A DNA stretch of 50,918 nucleotides from Myxococcota bacterium (GTDB taxonomy: Bacteria > Myxococcota > XYA12-FULL-58-9 > JABJBS01). Shown one piece after another: positions 19,076 to 29,319 of the stretch (position 1 is the first letter of the stretch; the number at the start of each line of letters is the position of its first letter). The notes beneath the pieces were generated by a model, which worked only from the letters and a program-made list of their open reading frames with translations, was not told where the DNA came from and made no database searches. The position numbers and the translations under genes are program-made. The stretch lies in contig JAYZAY010000042.1 of assembly GCA_036339465.1 (NCBI GenBank), positions 1 through 50,918 on the forward strand, given 5' to 3'.

Positions 19076-21153
19076 GATGACTTTCCTCTGGAATGCACTT
19101 TTTGTTCTATGAAGTCCTGCAGATGTTTGGTGTAGGCTGCATGGTCACAAAGAGGAGAACGATGCATCTTTGCCCTTAGGCCTTTTCTGAGGGTGGCCAA
19201 TTCGGAGCGGTGATTTGACCAATAGACAGCAATTCGAACAAAGTCATCCACGTCAGTTGCCACCCATTTATCTAAACCCACAGTCTTAAGGTGGGCAAGA
19301 GAATGACGTCCGGCAAAGTGGTTGTTGGGCAGGGTGATGACAGGTACCCCCATCCATAGGGCCTCACAAGTGGTTAGCCCACCTGAATAAGGTGATGTAT
19401 CTAGGGCAATATCTATCCGGTGATAAATGTCCATAAACTCCGAGTGGGGCTTGGGGCCCTCAAAAAGGATTCGTTCTGGAGATACCTCAAGTGCTTGGAA
19501 CCGAGCTCTAATTCTACTTTGGACCCATGGGTCATTAAGTGCATGTGTGCTGAGAAGGAGTTGAGAATTCGGGATGGAATTTAGCACAGACGCCCAGGTA
19601 CCGATGCAAGGGGCACTTAATTTCGCGATTCGGTTCAGGGAGCCAAACGTTATCTTAGACCCTTGCTCCAGAGCAGGTAAGGGCCCCACGGGTGAAACGT
19701 CTCTCGGTGGTGTATAGGTAATGTAGTTTTGGGGCATTTGGAGAATCGTTTCAGAAAATAGATGCTTCCACTCTTTCGGGGTTTGGTGCTCATCACCAAT
19801 GATGTAATCCATGTTTTTGACACCAGTCGTGTCGAAATATCCAAAGCCTGTAAGTTGTAATTTGGCGGCTCTTGCCCAAAAAACAGGGAGTCGATTGTTG
19901 GAAGTATGCCCAGCACAATCGATCAACACATCGATTGCGGACTCTCGTATCAGCTTTAAAAGTTCTTTGTTGTTGAGGCTTTTAGTAGCATGCCAAAGGT
20001 CACAACGTTGCTCAAAAAAAGTGGTGTATTCGTCCCCATCTTTTACGTCAGAGAAACAAACCAATTGAAATCTTGCTCGGTCAAAATATTCAAAAAGGCC
20101 TTGAAGGAAAAAACCCACAGGATGTTGCCGAAAGTCAGGGGATACGAAGCCCACCCTTATTTTGTTTCTGACCTCGACTATTTGCTCTTCAAAGGGGGGG
20201 AAATCTTTGCAGCCTAGGGCCGCGCTAGAATTCCAACTGTTGTGTTCTTTGAGGTTTTCAAAACGGTCATCGCTGGGAACATAGTGTTTTAGCATGAGAC
20301 GATTGGAATAGGCTCTGGTGTCGGAAGGCTCTTGTTTAAGATGATGTTCAATGGTGTAAATCGCTTCGTCTATGAAACCGAGGTCGTGGAGGGCGCAGCA
20401 AATATTATTCCACACACCTTGATAATCCGGGGCTTGTTCTCTAACGCATTGAAGAAACCCCAGTGCTTTTCTCGGTTGTTTATGGCGAAGAAACCAATTT
20501 CCGATGCTCAATTGAAGTTTGATGTTTTTTGGGGCGACATCTTTGACCTTTTCAGCAAACTCCAAGAAGTCTTTCGAGTTTATTTCTTTGGTAGCGAGTT
20601 GCTGGAGCTGGTCGTCAAAGTCTATTTTAGGCGGCCCATGGAATTTCCCATTTTCGAAGTCTGTTAGGATTTCAATTGCTGCGCAGAACTGGTTTTTTTG
20701 GAAGAAAAGTTCAAATTGGAGTGATTTCGAGAGGGCGGACTGACGATGAAAAGTACAGGCTTGACTACAAAGCAAAAGAGCTGCGTCAATATTTCCTCGT
20801 TTTTTGTAAATATTTGCGGCCCCTAGGAGTGCTTTCTCAAAAGTGGGATCTAGAGAAATAGCCTGTTGATAGGACATCAAGGCTTCGTCTTGACGGTCTA
20901 AGTCGATTAGGAGCTTGGCTAGATTGAGATGGTGGGTGGGTTCGGTAGGATTCAGACTGATGGCTTTGTGGTAGCAGGTTTCAGCTTCGACGAGACGCTT
21001 CTGAAGATAGAGGGCGAGTGCTGATACGGCATATGCTTGGTCATTGCTTTGAAGGTGATGGGGATAGCCTAGGATGACGAGACAATCCTCTGGCCTTCCA
21101 TTGCACAGGAAGTGCTGCGCTGAGTCAATCTTGTTTATTTCTAGAGCCTGCAT
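19072..21153 (-). CDS. TPR O-linked glycosyltransferase, GT41 (SPINDLY/OGT family)
   Basis: N-terminal TPRs; IRVGFVSPDFRQHPVG, IDVLIDCAGHT, GYFDTTG, FGSLNRIAK, DIALDTSPYSGGLTTCEALWMGVPV; ATGA overlap with the downstream GT. Confidence 0.92.
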   Translation of the reverse strand: MQALEINKIDSAQHFLCNGRPEDCLVILGYPHHLQSNDQAYAVSALALYLQKRLVEAETCYHKAISLNPTEPTHHLNLAKLLIDLDRQDEALMSYQQAISLDPTFEKALLGAANIYKKRGNIDAALLLCSQACTFHRQSALSKSLQFELFFQKNQFCAAIEILTDFENGKFHGPPKIDFDDQLQQLATKEINSKDFLEFAEKVKDVAPKNIKLQLSIGNWFLRHKQPRKALGFLQCVREQAPDYQGVWNNICCALHDLGFIDEAIYTIEHHLKQEPSDTRAYSNRLMLKHYVPSDDRFENLKEHNSWNSSAALGCKDFPPFEEQIVEVRNKIRVGFVSPDFRQHPVGFFLQGLFEYFDRARFQLVCFSDVKDGDEYTTFFEQRCDLWHATKSLNNKELLKLIRESAIDVLIDCAGHTSNNRLPVFWARAAKLQLTGFGYFDTTGVKNMDYIIGDEHQTPKEWKHLFSETILQMPQNYITYTPPRDVSPVGPLPALEQGSKITFGSLNRIAKLSAPCIGTWASVLNSIPNSQLLLSTHALNDPWVQSRIRARFQALEVSPERILFEGPKPHSEFMDIYHRIDIALDTSPYSGGLTTCEALWMGVPVITLPNNHFAGRHSLAHLKTVGLDKWVATDVDDFVRIAVYWSNHRSELATLRKGLRAKMHRSPLCDHAAYTKHLQDFIEQKVHSRGKSS

Positions 21154-21250
21154 ACTTTATAAACCTTTGGTTCTATCGACGATTTTTCAGTTAGATTTAG
21201 CAAGAACCATCGAATATTTGGCCCATGACGTGAGATTTTGATAAAGGGTC

Positions 21251-21838
21251 GTGATGGTTGCTGAATTCACATTGGCCTTGGCTCTCGTTATTGGGGGCAC
21301 GTGGGACGTTGAAGAAAAAACACCATGGGAAAAGGTCGAAATGATTTTGACTGAGGCCCCTGCGAATCTCGCGGATGAACGGGCGCTTTTTTGGTGGGTG
21401 GGAGCACGAGACCCAGCGGTGAGAGCTGCGACCATCAGAAAACTCTTTGATGCCGATTCACGCTACGTCCCGGCGTTGTTGTGGCTGATGAGTTGGGCGC
21501 CCGAGCCAGAGTTTCAGGCCTTGGGTTTTACAATGGCTCAAATCTATTGCGGGCGAGAGGGGCGGGATGACCAGTGTCTTCCCATAATAGCCTATTTTGT
21601 TCGGGCTGCTGCGAAGGAAACGGCTTGGTTGGCTGTGGAATATTTGGTGACACGAAGGGCTTACGACTACTTAAAGCGTGTCCCCCCCGAACTTTTGAAC
21701 GATGCTTTGGCGAGGTCGGCCTCTTTGGGGCGCAGGGGGATGGATCCTTGGGTGCGATTTCTGCCGTGCCTTGTTGCCGGGGCCGATGTTCAGAGCCGTG
21801 AGCAAGGAAGCTTCACTCTTCTTTACCTTCAGCCCTAA
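21251..21838 (+). CDS. Hypothetical protein, possibly exported and helical-repeat-like
   Basis: 195-aa ORF divergent from GT41 with a hydrophobic N-terminus; no recognised motif. Confidence 0.6.
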   Translation: MMVAEFTLALALVIGGTWDVEEKTPWEKVEMILTEAPANLADERALFWWVGARDPAVRAATIRKLFDADSRYVPALLWLMSWAPEPEFQALGFTMAQIYCGREGRDDQCLPIIAYFVRAAAKETAWLAVEYLVTRRAYDYLKRVPPELLNDALARSASLGRRGMDPWVRFLPCLVAGADVQSREQGSFTLLYLQP

Positions 21839-22134
21839 AGCACAAAGCTTTCGGAAAGACGAAAACCCATGGGACCAAAGGGTTTGTGCCCCAAGTCAAT
21901 GGGGGGGATTAGAGACAGTAAAGTGACGAAATTAGCATGTTATGTGGGGTTTCCAGGGGGTTTGGATATTCAACATGAATTTGGCGCCGGCCTGCGGACT
22001 TAATCGGCAAGTTTCGTGGCTCTTTCGATGATGTATCCTTGACGAGAGCGTGATTTTTTTGGGAAGTGTTCGTTTTGTTGGCAAGCCTTGGCCCGAGTTT
22101 GCTTTTCGATGCGTCTAATCTTCAAGGAAAATAC

Positions 22135-23226
22135 ATGCAAAAATACGCCCGGTTGTTTTATTCTGTTCTCTTCATTGGCGTGATCCTGAGTGCGTTTGCC
22201 TGTGGCACGGAGAATACGTCTTCGAACGATTCATTGGAACCTGGGGGGAATTCAGAGGTTACGAGCACCACGGCCACTGCCGCTACCATGTGTGGTGATT
22301 TGACTTGTTACAATTTCTCCCGGTGTTCCACCGAGGATTGGCAAGCCCAGTGTGAGTGTGCCGCAGGCTATGCCGGTGAAACCTGTGCGGATCGGATTAG
22401 CCCTTGTGCGAAACTGGGTGGGTTGGAGCTCAAGGAAGTGCGGGGTCGTGTTTTAGGGAGCAACAAGCAGCCTAAGGATCGTGCATATCTTTCTTTTTGC
22501 GTGGAAGCTGCTTTTTGTATGGAAGCTTCCTCTGCGGGGTGTTCCCGTTGCCTTTCTTCCCAGGCGGGAACCGATGGCACCTTTCGTGTGCCGGTCCCGG
22601 CTGATTTTCAATGTATGCGTCGTGGGGTGTTGCGAGTGTCTGGGGTTGGAGCAACGGCGACCATGTATCAAGATGCGACTTTTTCAAATGACGATTACTC
22701 TTTGAGTTATGACACTGTTTTCACGCTCTTTGATACCGTTGCGGCGACTTCTTTGGTTGCGCCCACCGTTGAGAACAAAGAGACGGTTCAAAACGTTAAG
22801 TTTGACAATGGATTTGAGCTTGAGATGGCCCCATCGAAGTACTTTGAAGGGAGCGATTTATTCAGCAAGCTGGCTTTGGTGGAACTGGAGGGTGAAGCTC
22901 GTAACGAGGCTCAATTTGTTGAGAATCCCCTAGACTATGAAGCCTTTTATGGAGTCTTTCCCGAGTCGAATGTGAAAGACGCGGGCGCGAAAATTATCTT
23001 ACCTAATTCCACGAACTTGAATGCAGGGACTCAGGTCGAAGTGTATGTTTTGCCGGGTATCTATTGCCTAGCAAACGCCGTTGATGACCAAACCCCACAA
23101 AAGTATTCTGAGGGAGAATGGACGATGGTCGGAACCGGAACTGTTGCCGCGAATGCCCAATCGATTGCGCTGGATGCCGGGGCCACTACGCCTTGCATCG
23201 GTTGGTTTGGCTATAAGAAGAAATAA
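22135..23226 (+). CDS. Cys-rich lipoprotein with an EGF-like domain
   Basis: ATG 22135 after AAGGA; lipobox SAFA-C; Ser/Thr linker; CGDLTCYNFSRC...CECAAGYAGETC EGF pattern; further Cys in a beta-rich C-terminus. Confidence 0.8.
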   Translation: MQKYARLFYSVLFIGVILSAFACGTENTSSNDSLEPGGNSEVTSTTATAATMCGDLTCYNFSRCSTEDWQAQCECAAGYAGETCADRISPCAKLGGLELKEVRGRVLGSNKQPKDRAYLSFCVEAAFCMEASSAGCSRCLSSQAGTDGTFRVPVPADFQCMRRGVLRVSGVGATATMYQDATFSNDDYSLSYDTVFTLFDTVAATSLVAPTVENKETVQNVKFDNGFELEMAPSKYFEGSDLFSKLALVELEGEARNEAQFVENPLDYEAFYGVFPESNVKDAGAKIILPNSTNLNAGTQVEVYVLPGIYCLANAVDDQTPQKYSEGEWTMVGTGTVAANAQSIALDAGATTPCIGWFGYKKK

Positions 23227-23248
23227 TCAATTTTGGAGCATAATAAAG

Positions 23249-23836
23249 ATGAAATGGTTTAGTTATTCTGTTGTTTCTCTTGGTGTTTTGTTTTTTGTGG
23301 CCTGTGGTGGAACTGCGAGCACAAATACTTGTTCGGTGGTAGATAGTGATGCCACGCGAGCGGCTTATCCCACTGGGGCCTACGGCACCGAGGAATGTGG
23401 GGTGATTGCGAACTTAGAGTTTAAAGATACGGAAAATAAGTCCCATAAACTGGATCAATATTTCTCCGATAAAGCGGCGAAGTATCTTCTTTTTGTCACG
23501 GCCGCTGACTGGTGCACGGTTTGTAAGGCAGAACAAGGCCAACTTCAGAGTATCCATGAAGCTTATCAGCCTAAGGGACTGAGAACTCTGATCTCTATTT
23601 TTGAAACCCAGGACAGAGATCCCGCTACTTCAGCCTCAGCAAAAAAATGGAAGGAGGCTTTTGAGCTGACCTTTGACGTGGTTGCGGATGAAAAGGACCT
23701 CGGGGGTGAGTATTACGACTCCAGTGCACCTCCCATGAGTATGGTTATCAATTTAGATACGATGCAAATAGAGCGAATCATTTTGGGGGCGAATATTGGT
23801 GCGGTTGAGGCTGCGATCGAGGCGAGACTCCCATGA
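23249..23836 (+). CDS. Thioredoxin-fold (redoxin) lipoprotein
   Basis: ATG 23249 after GGAG; lipobox FVA-C; AADWCTVC active site; PP at the cis-Pro position. Confidence 0.85.
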   Translation: MKWFSYSVVSLGVLFFVACGGTASTNTCSVVDSDATRAAYPTGAYGTEECGVIANLEFKDTENKSHKLDQYFSDKAAKYLLFVTAADWCTVCKAEQGQLQSIHEAYQPKGLRTLISIFETQDRDPATSASAKKWKEAFELTFDVVADEKDLGGEYYDSSAPPMSMVINLDTMQIERIILGANIGAVEAAIEARLP

Positions 23837-24375
23837 AAATATTCCACCGAATGCAGAATTTCGTCGTGGTGATCGGACTGTCTTTGTCTGTGGGGGCGAC
23901 GGCATTGGCAAGTGATGTGGTTATTCTCGCTCCCGCAAAACGAAAAGCGATGGCTGATTTTGAGTTGGGAACCATTAAGGGAGAAAAAGCGAAACTTTCG
24001 GATTATAAAAATAAGGTCGTGGCCGTGGCTTTTTGGGCCACCTGGTGTGAGCCATGCAAACAAGAATTGTATTTTCTGAATCAGTTCCGAAAAAAATATG
24101 GGGATAAGGGCTTCGAAGTATTGGCGGTTGCTGCCGATGCGCCCGAGACCGTGGCGAGAGTTAGAACGACCGTGCGCCGAAAAAAATGGAAAATGCCGGT
24201 TCTTCTCGATTTAGAGGGCAAAGTGGCGAATTTAATCAACCCCAGGGGGGCGATGCCCTATTCTATCTTCCTCGATCGGAAGCAGCGTAGGGTGTACAGC
24301 CACGAAGGTTTTTCCTCGGGGGATGAAGTAAAATACGAAAAGCTAATATTGAGTTTAATTGATGAAACAATTTGA
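23833..24375 (+). CDS. TlpA/ResA family thiol-disulfide oxidoreductase
   Basis: Signal peptide; FWATWCEPCKQE; ATGA overlap with the upstream redoxin. Confidence 0.92.
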   Translation: MKIFHRMQNFVVVIGLSLSVGATALASDVVILAPAKRKAMADFELGTIKGEKAKLSDYKNKVVAVAFWATWCEPCKQELYFLNQFRKKYGDKGFEVLAVAADAPETVARVRTTVRRKKWKMPVLLDLEGKVANLINPRGAMPYSIFLDRKQRRVYSHEGFSSGDEVKYEKLILSLIDETI

Positions 24376-25942
24376 CAGAATTGCTCTTGTTATTCGGCCT
24401 TCCCAATTCCTAAAATTTTCAGTGTGGCTTGTTTTTGTGGGTGCAGGCTTTTATTCCGCGCCCCTTCGAGCCGAAGAGGGAGCTGCCACCGTTTCGATCA
24501 CCAATACGTTAAGTGGGGGCTATAATCTCGACAATGGCAACGGTGACTCCGATGATGACAATTATGGGCTCATACAAAATAAGTTCAATTTACAAGGGTC
24601 GTCGGGAGGCCTGCTTACATGGATCCGCTTTGATGTTACCCAATTTACCCGTGAATTGAACCCAGATAAGTATCACAACGATTACAATCTGGAGCGTTTC
24701 CAAGTAACGCATCCCCTGGGTCATTTTAAACTTACGGTGGGTGACTTTTATAAGCAAGTTGGGCGAGGCATTGTCTTGATGCTTCGCAAGGGTGATGAGG
24801 TGACTCCCGATGGTGCCATTCGTGGTGGGGAGCTTGTTTGGACAGAGGGAAACCACCAAGTAGAAATATTTGGTGGTTGGCTCAATCAATCCAATGTTGA
24901 TCCGGTGGCGACAAAATATTTCGAAGAGCAAGATGATATTTTGGCGGGATATCAATATGCTTTTAGGGGGGGGCAAAACCTAAAGCTTGGCAATCATGGC
25001 TTGTTTTATGCCTTGGAAAATGGACTCGAGTCCACGGCTTCGGCAGGGTTATCGTTGGATGCTGCGGATATCACAGATTGGAGCTCATTCTATGTGGAAT
25101 CCAATCTTCAAAGTCGTCAAGGTAGCGTAGAGCCAATGGGGTATTCTGCCTACGGCGCTCTTGATATGTTTTGGGGCGATTCATTGGTCCTTCTCGAGCT
25201 CATTTGGCTGAAAAATTTTCAGCAGCAGTTAAATACCGATCCACTGAAATCCGCGGTCAATCGTCCTCCAACCCTGCTTCGATTACAGGATGAATTGGCG
25301 GTTGTGCGCGGGGATGAAGTGGGCGGGAGAATTCGATTTGAAGAATATTTTGAAGACAGCGAGCTAACGCTCTACGTTAATGGGATGTACCGTATTTTTC
25401 ATCCGGGCGAGGCGCTCCTTAAGGAAGATGAATATCAGGTTTTTTTGGGTGCGGAGCTTCCGTATCAGGAGGGACGTTCTAGGTTGAAGCTTGAGGTTGG
25501 CTACCGAGATGTTTTTCAGGATAAATGTGATCTTCACTTCAGTCAGAAGGCTATCACCCATGGATACATGGATTGGGTGCAGTACATTTCAGACGGCTAT
25601 TCCCTTCATATTTTGTCTGACAATGAGTATTGGCAAAAGGATGAACTTGTTGGGAGATGCCAATCTACCCGGAAAAAGTATCTGCGCGGAAGTACCTTTG
25701 TTGGTGTGGAGAAGGCCGGTTTAGGGGATATTAGCTTTGAATTGGGCTACGACAAGGACCCGGCGAGTGCCCAATCGAATTCTCTATTTTATGCAGGCAT
25801 CGCATCTTGGAAAATCTCATCTGATATTATTTTGAAAACCATTGGTGGCACTCAGCGTGGAGGGCTTAAATGTGTCAGTGGTGTTTGTCGGAATTTTCCT
25901 GCGTTTGTGGGAGTCAAAGCCGAGCTGGTGGTGCGTTACTAG
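24362..25942 (+). CDS. Outer-membrane beta-barrel protein, DUF6029-like
   Basis: Signal peptide; TVGDFYKQVGRGIVL; alternating aromatic strands; C-terminal GTQRGGLKCVSGVCRNFPAF...VVRY; overlaps the tlpA end. Confidence 0.78.
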   Translation: MKQFDRIALVIRPSQFLKFSVWLVFVGAGFYSAPLRAEEGAATVSITNTLSGGYNLDNGNGDSDDDNYGLIQNKFNLQGSSGGLLTWIRFDVTQFTRELNPDKYHNDYNLERFQVTHPLGHFKLTVGDFYKQVGRGIVLMLRKGDEVTPDGAIRGGELVWTEGNHQVEIFGGWLNQSNVDPVATKYFEEQDDILAGYQYAFRGGQNLKLGNHGLFYALENGLESTASAGLSLDAADITDWSSFYVESNLQSRQGSVEPMGYSAYGALDMFWGDSLVLLELIWLKNFQQQLNTDPLKSAVNRPPTLLRLQDELAVVRGDEVGGRIRFEEYFEDSELTLYVNGMYRIFHPGEALLKEDEYQVFLGAELPYQEGRSRLKLEVGYRDVFQDKCDLHFSQKAITHGYMDWVQYISDGYSLHILSDNEYWQKDELVGRCQSTRKKYLRGSTFVGVEKAGLGDISFELGYDKDPASAQSNSLFYAGIASWKISSDIILKTIGGTQRGGLKCVSGVCRNFPAFVGVKAELVVRY

Positions 25943-26000
25943 GGGTGTTGGGCGTCAGCGGACAAAAAACGAAAAAGTGTAGATGCCCGATTGAGGCGAA

Positions 26001-27563
26001 TCAGGTTTGTCCATAGAGGACAGTGATAACCAATTCTGGTTTTGGGGCTTGGGTTCGCACAATTCCGATGCCGACGGATTGATGTTGCTGTCCGAAATGT
26101 TCGAGACCCTTGATAATATCGAGGGAATTGCCTCGCATGATATCAACCCCACTTACAACAATCCCCGTGATATCAAAGGCTTCGTCAAGCATCGGTCGAT
26201 TTGGCGGAGGTGATTGGGCATTGTTGTGATCAACGATTTTCTCACTGTGTTTTCGGGCGATTTCACTTAGCTCTGAGACGACCCTGAGGTTAGGGAGTTT
26301 GCGCTGCGTTCGCATGATATCTATTTTTTGGTGGGCGAGACTGGTGAGGGTTTTGAGGTCGGCGGTTTCTTCTGTTTGTAGTAGTACCATCACAGTGCAG
26401 ATCCGGTTGTCGTCGAGACGTACCGTACCGACTCCAAACTCTGTCATGTCTCCCTCTCTCAGGTTTGCTTCATGGGAAGGGCTTCGCAGCCATTGGGAGA
26501 AAACCTCATGGGGCCCCCCTCCGATGGCGATGTTTTCGACGGCACGAATGAAGCCGATACCTTGTTTTCGAAGTCTGTCATCCAAGGTTCCTGTGGTGGG
26601 GGAATGGTGTCCGAAAAAGCGATTCGTAACAATTTCGTAGGCATGGGATTGTGCCAATTCTGAGAGTTTTTCACTGTGTTTCGGAAGGTCCAAGCTCAAA
26701 GCTGTGCGGTAAGATGCGAAAAATGCACGCAGCAAACTGTCGGAGGTTTGTTCGACATTGGATGAGCGCAATATTTTCCATAGGGGCTCCAAACCGGTGT
26801 TTGGCTGTGGCTCTTGACCAATGCCTAGGTTGATTTGACCAGCGATCTCGGGACCGTGTCCCCGTTCGATGACCAATTGGCCGTTGAGTTGTCCCTCGAT
26901 TTTTCCGGAATCGATGAAAACTTCGAAATTTCGATTGTTGAGTGTGAGGGGAGTTTTAGAAAGCCGTCCGTCAGGGTATCGATTTACCCATTCGGCCCGG
27001 TGGATGGGGACATGGACTTCCCCCTCTAACCGAATCATTCGATTGATGGGATATCGGGGGGAAAACGTTCTAAATGAGATGACCCTCTTAGTTAAAAGTA
27101 GGAGGGTTTGTAACTTACCGTAATGGATTCGAAGGGCCAGCCCAAATCGGTTTAAATCTCCGAGGGTAAAATCATGGGATAGGGATTGAATAACATTTCG
27201 TTGGAGGCTCTCGATAGAATTTTCTTCTAGGAGCAGCGTGGATATATCTGCATCTGTGACACCGGACACGCGCACAAATCGCTCAACCACGGGCCCGAAA
27301 TCTCCGGCGGACACATACTGCTGTCCCCCTACGCAATGTTTGAGGGCTTTGTGGGCTATTTTATTCAGACTGCGGTCGGCTCGAAGATGAGGAATGTGGC
27401 GCCTTACTGTTGCGCGTAGATTTCGGAGGAGGGTTTTTGTGGTCTGTTTAGGTAATTGAAGCGTTGCTCCAGCCTGAGTCACATTCTTTTTTGTTTTGGC
27501 GTGAGCGGGTGCGTTGAGGGCGCCCAATAGGAAGCAAAAAAATACCAGGGAGAACAATCGCAT
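26001..27563 (-). CDS. Secreted CAP/SCP-domain protein (two CAP-like domains)
   Basis: Signal peptide from MRLFSLVFF; LAQSHA..FFGHHSP..ENIA..WLRSPSHEANL..FGVG; second degenerate CAP at the C-terminus; longer upstream starts overlap the tRNA. Confidence 0.85.
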   Translation of the reverse strand: MRLFSLVFFCFLLGALNAPAHAKTKKNVTQAGATLQLPKQTTKTLLRNLRATVRRHIPHLRADRSLNKIAHKALKHCVGGQQYVSAGDFGPVVERFVRVSGVTDADISTLLLEENSIESLQRNVIQSLSHDFTLGDLNRFGLALRIHYGKLQTLLLLTKRVISFRTFSPRYPINRMIRLEGEVHVPIHRAEWVNRYPDGRLSKTPLTLNNRNFEVFIDSGKIEGQLNGQLVIERGHGPEIAGQINLGIGQEPQPNTGLEPLWKILRSSNVEQTSDSLLRAFFASYRTALSLDLPKHSEKLSELAQSHAYEIVTNRFFGHHSPTTGTLDDRLRKQGIGFIRAVENIAIGGGPHEVFSQWLRSPSHEANLREGDMTEFGVGTVRLDDNRICTVMVLLQTEETADLKTLTSLAHQKIDIMRTQRKLPNLRVVSELSEIARKHSEKIVDHNNAQSPPPNRPMLDEAFDITGIVVSGVDIMRGNSLDIIKGLEHFGQQHQSVGIGIVRTQAPKPELVITVLYGQT

Positions 27564-27670
27564 TGAACCGACTTTGAATGGGTTTTGAGTTTGCGAGAAT
27601 GGCACGACTTGGGACCAACGGCAAAAAAACCGCTGCATGAACAATCGCTTATGTAAGTGTTCTTGATTGA

Positions 27671-27757
27671 TGGTGCCCAAGAGAGGACTCGAACCTCCAC
27701 GGAGTTTCCTCCACTGGTACCTGAAACCAGCGCGTCTACCAATTCCGCCACCTGGGC
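27671..27757 (-). tRNA. tRNA-Leu (anticodon CAG)
   Basis: GCCCAGGTGGCGGAATTGGTAGACGCGCTGGT-TTCAGGT-ACCAG...GGTTCGAGTCC...TGGGCACCA; long variable arm, encoded CCA. Confidence 0.97.
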
Positions 27758-27902
27758 ATTCCTGGAAAAAGACGAAGCTTCGGGGCCATTTTCCCAGGGG
27801 TTTAAAAGCTTATAGGAATCATTGTGTGGATGGTCAATAGATGATTCGCGGGCATCCACCGTCGATGGAAACTGGATTCTTGGTGATGGTCTCTGGTAAT
27901 CA

Positions 27903-28226
27903 ATGGTTATGTTCATTTGGGCCAAGGTTGAAATTCGGATTAAGGATCGAACTGTGTATGGGCTCGATGATCACGATACCAAAATTTGGATTCATCGTGC
28001 TTTTGATAATCTAAGTTGTTATCGAGTGTCTGATTTTTCCAGGATTGAAGCCAAGTTGGTTCGGGCCACGCTTTGGCTTAAGGTTGCCGCTCTTGGCCCG
28101 GATAAGCACCGTTTGTTGGAAGTTGGCCCAGATGACCAGAATCTTCTACGCCATTGTGCGGAGTCTCTTTTTGTGGGGAAAGGCCAGCTTCGCTGCATTG
28201 GGGAACTAAAATTGGTACAAGAATAA
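27903..28226 (+). CDS. Hypothetical protein
   Basis: 107-aa ORF filling the space between the tRNA and the hemE stop. Confidence 0.6.
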   Translation: MVMFIWAKVEIRIKDRTVYGLDDHDTKIWIHRAFDNLSCYRVSDFSRIEAKLVRATLWLKVAALGPDKHRLLEVGPDDQNLLRHCAESLFVGKGQLRCIGELKLVQE

Positions 28227-28231
28227 CTTGG

Positions 28232-29284
28232 TTATAGGTTCTCTTGGCTCCAGCTTCGAATCACGTCAACGACTTTTTTGGCATTTCCGGGAGGCGTTTT
28301 CGGCAAAATGCCGTGTCCTAAATTGAAAATAAAACCAGGCTGATGGCCATTCTCATCCAGAATTTCGCGAACCATTTTCTCTACGGTTTGCGGGGTTGAG
28401 AAAAGTGCGGTTGGGTCGAGGTTGCCCATGAGACTGCAGGTGGGTTTGAGCTCTTGGCGAACATTTGCCATTGAAACAGTCCAATCGAGGCCAAGTACAT
28501 CGGGTTTCATGTTCATGGCGTCTTCAAGATATTGGCTTATGCCCTTGGCGAAATAAATGACCGGTACATTTTTTTTCTTTAGGGTCGTTATGGCTTGCTC
28601 TGCATAATGAAAAGCCATTCCGCGAAGGTGGCGGGGGGTGAGGAGACCGGCATTGGTGTCGAAAAGTTGGATGGCATCGCAACCAGCATCGATTTGAGCT
28701 TCCCCATGGGCGGTGATTGCCCGGGTGACCTTTTCGAGAAGCGCTTCGACCCAGGATTCTTCGTTGTACAGAGCTTCTTTAAATTGGTTCCAATTCTTGG
28801 TGGGGGTTCCCTCGATCATGTAGGCAGAAAGCGTAAGTGGTGCGCCGACAAAACCGATGAGTGATTGATTTGGCTTAAGTCCTTTTCGAGTGAGTTCGAT
28901 GGCTTCCATAACATAGCTGAGATGCTTTTTTGGCTCCAAATCCAGCAGCGCGTCCACGTCCCTGAGGGAGCGAATAGGATTTGGAAATATGGGGCCCGGG
29001 CTGAATTCTAGTTCCATGCCCATGCCCACGGAAGGGACGGTGATGTCACTGAAGATGATGGCAGCGTCTGTATCGAGGATGCGGGCCGCATCAAGGGTTG
29101 CTTGAGCTGCCAAGGCAGGCGTTTGGCATAATTCGAGGAATGAATACTTTTTTCGGAGGGCTTGGTATTCAGGCATGTACCGACCTGCCTGTCGCATCAT
29201 CCAGACGGGGATTCGGTCCACAGCTTTTCCGTAACAAGCGTTAAAAAATCGGGTTGGTTCCCCGGCACTATTGCATGTTGTCAT
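28232..29284 (-). CDS. hemE: Uroporphyrinogen decarboxylase
   Basis: [43 protein letters not shown]. Confidence 0.97.
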   Translation of the reverse strand: MTTCNSAGEPTRFFNACYGKAVDRIPVWMMRQAGRYMPEYQALRKKYSFLELCQTPALAAQATLDAARILDTDAAIIFSDITVPSVGMGMELEFSPGPIFPNPIRSLRDVDALLDLEPKKHLSYVMEAIELTRKGLKPNQSLIGFVGAPLTLSAYMIEGTPTKNWNQFKEALYNEESWVEALLEKVTRAITAHGEAQIDAGCDAIQLFDTNAGLLTPRHLRGMAFHYAEQAITTLKKKNVPVIYFAKGISQYLEDAMNMKPDVLGLDWTVSMANVRQELKPTCSLMGNLDPTALFSTPQTVEKMVREILDENGHQPGFIFNLGHGILPKTPPGNAKKVVDVIRSWSQENL

Positions 29285-29319
29285 GGCATATCTCATACAG
29301 TTGCGACATTCAGGGTGCA

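Noticed and set aside
21840..21890. c-di-GMP-like hairpin before the lipoprotein operon
   Set aside because: Only a GCACAAA/TTTGTGC stem with a weak interior; does not fit the consensus
23249..24375. Selenocysteine recoding in the redoxins
   Set aside because: Both CxxC motifs use Cys codons with no in-frame TGA
15635..27757. Genomic island integrated at tRNA-Leu
   Set aside because: No integrase and no duplicated tRNA 3' end seen in the window
27479..27925. 148-aa ORF
   Set aside because: Reads through the tRNA-Leu gene; a shadow ORF
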